From an uncultured Planctomycetota bacterium (GTDB lineage: Bacteria; Planctomycetota; Planctomycetia; Isosphaerales; Isosphaeraceae): a stretch of DNA of 64,000 nucleotides. The DNA is taken from NCBI GenBank assembly GCA_963737655.1, contig CAVTTN010000002.1, positions 3,168,001-3,232,000 on the forward strand, in the 5' to 3' direction. The notes under the pieces are model-generated. The model had not been told where the DNA came from. It saw only the letters and a list, made by a program, of their open reading frames with translations, and ran no database searches. Of the stretch, positions 61,176 through 64,000 are shown one piece after another. Positions within the stretch are counted from its first letter, which is position 1. Each line of letters opens with the position of its first letter. The position numbers were made by a program, and so were the translations under genes.

Positions 61176-61466
61176 GTCTCCTTTGTTCAGATCGACGCCG
61201 AAGTCGTCGGGCATAGGGCGGGACCACCACTCTCGGAGTCTCATGGCGTGTTGAACGATCTCGTCGAGCAGTTCGGCATCCTCCTGCATGGCCCCGATGC
61301 TGCCCATCCCGCCGTTCGCCGCGGGGTCTCCCTCGAACTTCGGCCGGTCCGTCGAGAGGAAGAATCGGACGGCTTCGGCGGCGGCCTCGTCGAGCGAGGC
61401 GAACTCGCCCCGATCGACTCGGAGCTTGAGGCCGAACTCCAGGTTCGGGGGCAATTCGATGGGCAT
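61173..61466 (-). CDS. ParD-like (RHH) antitoxin-type small protein, no adjacent canonical toxin
   Basis: GAGGAGG SD. MPIELPPNLEFGLKLRVDRGEFASLDEAAAEAVRFF resembles the ParD-type 'L.PE....I...V.SG.Y.S..EVV..ALR' pattern; acidic C-terminal helix. Confidence 0.65.
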   Translation of the reverse strand: MPIELPPNLEFGLKLRVDRGEFASLDEAAAEAVRFFLSTDRPKFEGDPAANGGMGSIGAMQEDAELLDEIVQHAMRLREWWSRPMPDDFGVDLNKGD

Positions 61467-61559
61467 TTCGGGTCCTCCTCGATCTCGGCCCGGACGTCGA
61501 GGCGGGCAGGCTGCCGTGGTCGCGGCGCCTGCCCGCCTCGAAAATCGATGATCGCCGGC

Positions 61560-63140
61560 TCAGCCCTTCATCGCCAGGTCGCCCCGGGACTCGTCGGGCA
61601 CGTCGTCCTTGAACGGGTCGAACCAGGCTTCCTCGAAGTTGATCCGCCGCTTCTGCCTCATGGCGAGGTTGCTGGTCAGGGCGATCACGGCGTCGGCCAG
61701 GGCGACCTCGCCTCGGCACCTGGGCCGGAGCTTGTCGTCGGTGACCTTGTGGAAGTCGGGCCCCGCGTTGCGGATGCAATACGCGAAGTGTTCGAGCTCC
61801 TCGCGGTAGCCTCGCGAGGGGGCGTCGGTGGCGACGGCGCCATACGCGGCGGCGGCCGTGGGGCCGGAGACGCTGGGGCTGGCCTCGATCGTGGGCTTGC
61901 CCCCGGCGGGCTTCTCGACGGTGATCGCCGTGGACTTCGCCGATCCCCCGCCCTTGCCCGGGTTGCGGTCCGGCTCCTTGTAGAGAAGCAGGTCGTGCTC
62001 CTCCTCGACGATCATCGTCCCCCGGGTCCCCATCACGGTCTCGCCATACTTTTCGTAGGCGTTGGTGTTGATCGACGAATAGGTCACGACGACGTGATCC
62101 TTGCCCGTCGGGCCGGACTTGCCGGGGAACTCGAAGGTGACGAAGACGTGGTCATCGACCTCCCGGCCGTCGGTGTAGAAGAACGTCCCGCCGATCCCGG
62201 TGACGGCCAGGGGGTGGACCTTGCCGAGGAAGATCGAGCAGGCGTCGAGCTGGTGGCTGCCGAGCTCGGCCATCAGGCCGGCGCCGGTTCGGTTGTAGAG
62301 CCTCCAGCGGATGAGCTGGTCCAGGCTGTCGTAGTTGTACTTCTTGTAATCGATGTTCAGGTCATCGGGGGGGATCGGCGGCTTCCAGGAGTCGTAATAG
62401 ACGATGTTGCCGGCCTCGTCGCGGACGTAGACGGGATCGCCCTTCTCGTCGTAGTAGTAGCGGCCTTCCTTGTCCCTGGCGAGCATGGGGCACGCCTGGT
62501 TGCGGTGCCAGAGGGCCCGGATGTGGCGGATCTCGCCGAGGTGGCCGTTCTGGACGAGGTAATTCGCGTTGTCGTACAGGGCCGAATAGTGCCTCTGGTG
62601 GCCGATGGCCAGGAGCTTGTTGGCCTCGTGGGCGGTGCGGACCATCGCCTTGCACTCGCCGACGGAGTGGGCCATCAGCTTCTCGCAGAAGACGTGCTTG
62701 CCCGCCTTCATCGCCTTGATGGCGATCGGGGCGTGGAGGAACAGGGGCAGGGCGATGACGACCATCTCGACGTCCTTGTCCTCCAGGATCTTGTCGATGT
62801 CGTCGTAGACCCGGAGGTTCTCCACGTCGTTCTTGGTGTAGTCCTTGTGGGCGGCGAACTCCTTCTTGGCGCGCTCCCTCTGGGAGGGGCGGGCGTCGCA
62901 GAAGCCGATGTAGTCGATGAAGGCGCGGTTGTGGTCGCGGATCATGGCCTGGCAACCCTCGTTGCCCGTGCCGATGATCGCGGCCTTGACCGCCTTCTCG
63001 ATCCCGCTGTAGCCGAAGTAGAAGGCACCCAGCGCCGGCGCCACGGCGGCGGCCTGGAGGAACTGGCGGCGGGTCACGCCGATGGCCGTGTCGGCGTTCT
63101 CTCGGCCGAGGGCGCGTTGCTCAGGGGTCAGGAGGGCCAT
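61560..63140 (-). CDS. Gfo/Idh/MocA family oxidoreductase with twin-arginine motif
   Basis: TRRQFLQAAA, AAIIGTGNEG, AGKHVFCEKLMA, GHQRH and WRLY...GLMAELGSHQLD. Confidence 0.92.
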   Translation of the reverse strand: MALLTPEQRALGRENADTAIGVTRRQFLQAAAVAPALGAFYFGYSGIEKAVKAAIIGTGNEGCQAMIRDHNRAFIDYIGFCDARPSQRERAKKEFAAHKDYTKNDVENLRVYDDIDKILEDKDVEMVVIALPLFLHAPIAIKAMKAGKHVFCEKLMAHSVGECKAMVRTAHEANKLLAIGHQRHYSALYDNANYLVQNGHLGEIRHIRALWHRNQACPMLARDKEGRYYYDEKGDPVYVRDEAGNIVYYDSWKPPIPPDDLNIDYKKYNYDSLDQLIRWRLYNRTGAGLMAELGSHQLDACSIFLGKVHPLAVTGIGGTFFYTDGREVDDHVFVTFEFPGKSGPTGKDHVVVTYSSINTNAYEKYGETVMGTRGTMIVEEEHDLLLYKEPDRNPGKGGGSAKSTAITVEKPAGGKPTIEASPSVSGPTAAAAYGAVATDAPSRGYREELEHFAYCIRNAGPDFHKVTDDKLRPRCRGEVALADAVIALTSNLAMRQKRRINFEEAWFDPFKDDVPDESRGDLAMKG

Positions 63141-63185
63141 GAGAAAGGCTCCGAGGGGCGGAGGGATCGTGGGGAGGTCCGAGGA

Positions 63186-64000
63186 TTATCGCTTCGATCG
63201 CCGCTGGGGGACGTGACCGCTGACCCCCGAGCCGGCCGCGGTCGGGATCGCCACGACCGGGCCGTTCGCCGGGTTCGGCGCGGCCGGCTCGGCCCGCTTG
63301 CGGCCGAACCGGCCGAAGAGGAGCGCGTCCAGGCCGAGCCACAGTCCGTTGGGCGTGCTCGCCAGGACGAGGCAGGCGATCAGCTCGACCATGTTCTTGT
63401 TGATGTACAGATAATGCCCTTCCGCGGCCGGGGCGGTGGGCAAGCCCGGCCACGGGGGCATGCTCAGGTAGAACATCAGCAGGTAGCCCGCGCCCCCCAG
63501 GGCCGCCAGGGGGGTCAGCAGGCCGAGCATCAGCCCGAGGCCCACCAGGACGAGGCCCCACATGGTCGTCAGGTTCACGAGGTCGAGGGTCGTCCACGGG
63601 GCCGACAGCGGGCCCCGGGCCTTCTTCTGGTCGGCCGTGGCGAGTTCGGTCACGGCGTCGGTGAACGTGCCGGTGTACAGGTCCACGTCGGCCACGAGCT
63701 CCCGGCGGGCCTTCTCCACGTCCTTGCGGTCCTTGTACGCCTGGGTCTTCTGGTACGGCAGGCTCTCGGGCGATTGCTCGACGTCCAGGACGTGCCTCAG
63801 GTCGCGATAATACTTGCGGACCTTCCTCGCGTTCTCGGGGTCGAGGAACCAGTCGTCGAGCTTGGCGGCTTCTCTCTTGTAGATTTCTTCCGCCTTGTCC
63901 TTCTGGCCCTGGTCGAAGCCGTAATGGGCTTCGATCCGCCCCATCTGGGCCTTCCAGGCGTTCATCAGACGGGTGGGGTGGCCGCCGGCGTCGCGTTCGA
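63186..64000 (-). CDS. DoxX family membrane protein (5' truncated by window edge)
   Basis: C-terminal WGLVLVGLGLMLGLLTPLAA...FYLSMPPWPG...EGHYLYINKNMVE...GLDALL. Frame extends to the window end. Confidence 0.8.
   Translation of the reverse strand, partial: ERDAGGHPTRLMNAWKAQMGRIEAHYGFDQGQKDKAEEIYKREAAKLDDWFLDPENARKVRKYYRDLRHVLDVEQSPESLPYQKTQAYKDRKDVEKARRELVADVDLYTGTFTDAVTELATADQKKARGPLSAPWTTLDLVNLTTMWGLVLVGLGLMLGLLTPLAALGGAGYLLMFYLSMPPWPGLPTAPAAEGHYLYINKNMVELIACLVLASTPNGLWLGLDALLFGRFGRKRAEPAAPNPANGPVVAIPTAAGSGVSGHVPQRRSKR

Overview
High-GC bacterial chromosomal window. Gene content points to a planctomycete, probably Isosphaeraceae-like: a DUF1501-DUF1549/1553-WD40/PPC cluster, a TIGR03067-type domain, hopanoid genes and the csrA-aroF-tpiA-secG-yicC-gmk-rpoZ-ftsK block. 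Most genes are housekeeping or envelope related: shc/hpnH/hpnG-like, holA, dusB, glgC, accA, truD, mlaEFD, a heavy-metal-type RND pump, an OPT transporter with an S46 peptidase, and a glycosyltransferase/FkbM cluster. Four signals are not visible in the ORF track. (1) Two tandem selenoprotein genes, a CxxU Rdx/SelW-like protein and a Sec-type SelD, each with an in-frame TGA at the catalytic position followed by a SECIS-like hairpin. (2) A GTAG-type REP/REPIN family in which 3 of 4 copies supply the TAG stop codon of a host gene, plus three other inverted-repeat elements. (3) A low-GC islet of about 1.6 kb encoding an uncharacterised 445-aa protein with a C-terminal Rx4H (HEPN-like) motif, directly behind an orphan ParD-like antitoxin; this is a candidate anti-phage or toxin module. 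(4) About 12 small indels in G/C runs that break 10 genes, including essential accA; these most likely reflect sequencing errors. No rRNA, tRNA, CRISPR array or transposase was recognised. All family assignments come from motif recognition by eye; no database search was run.
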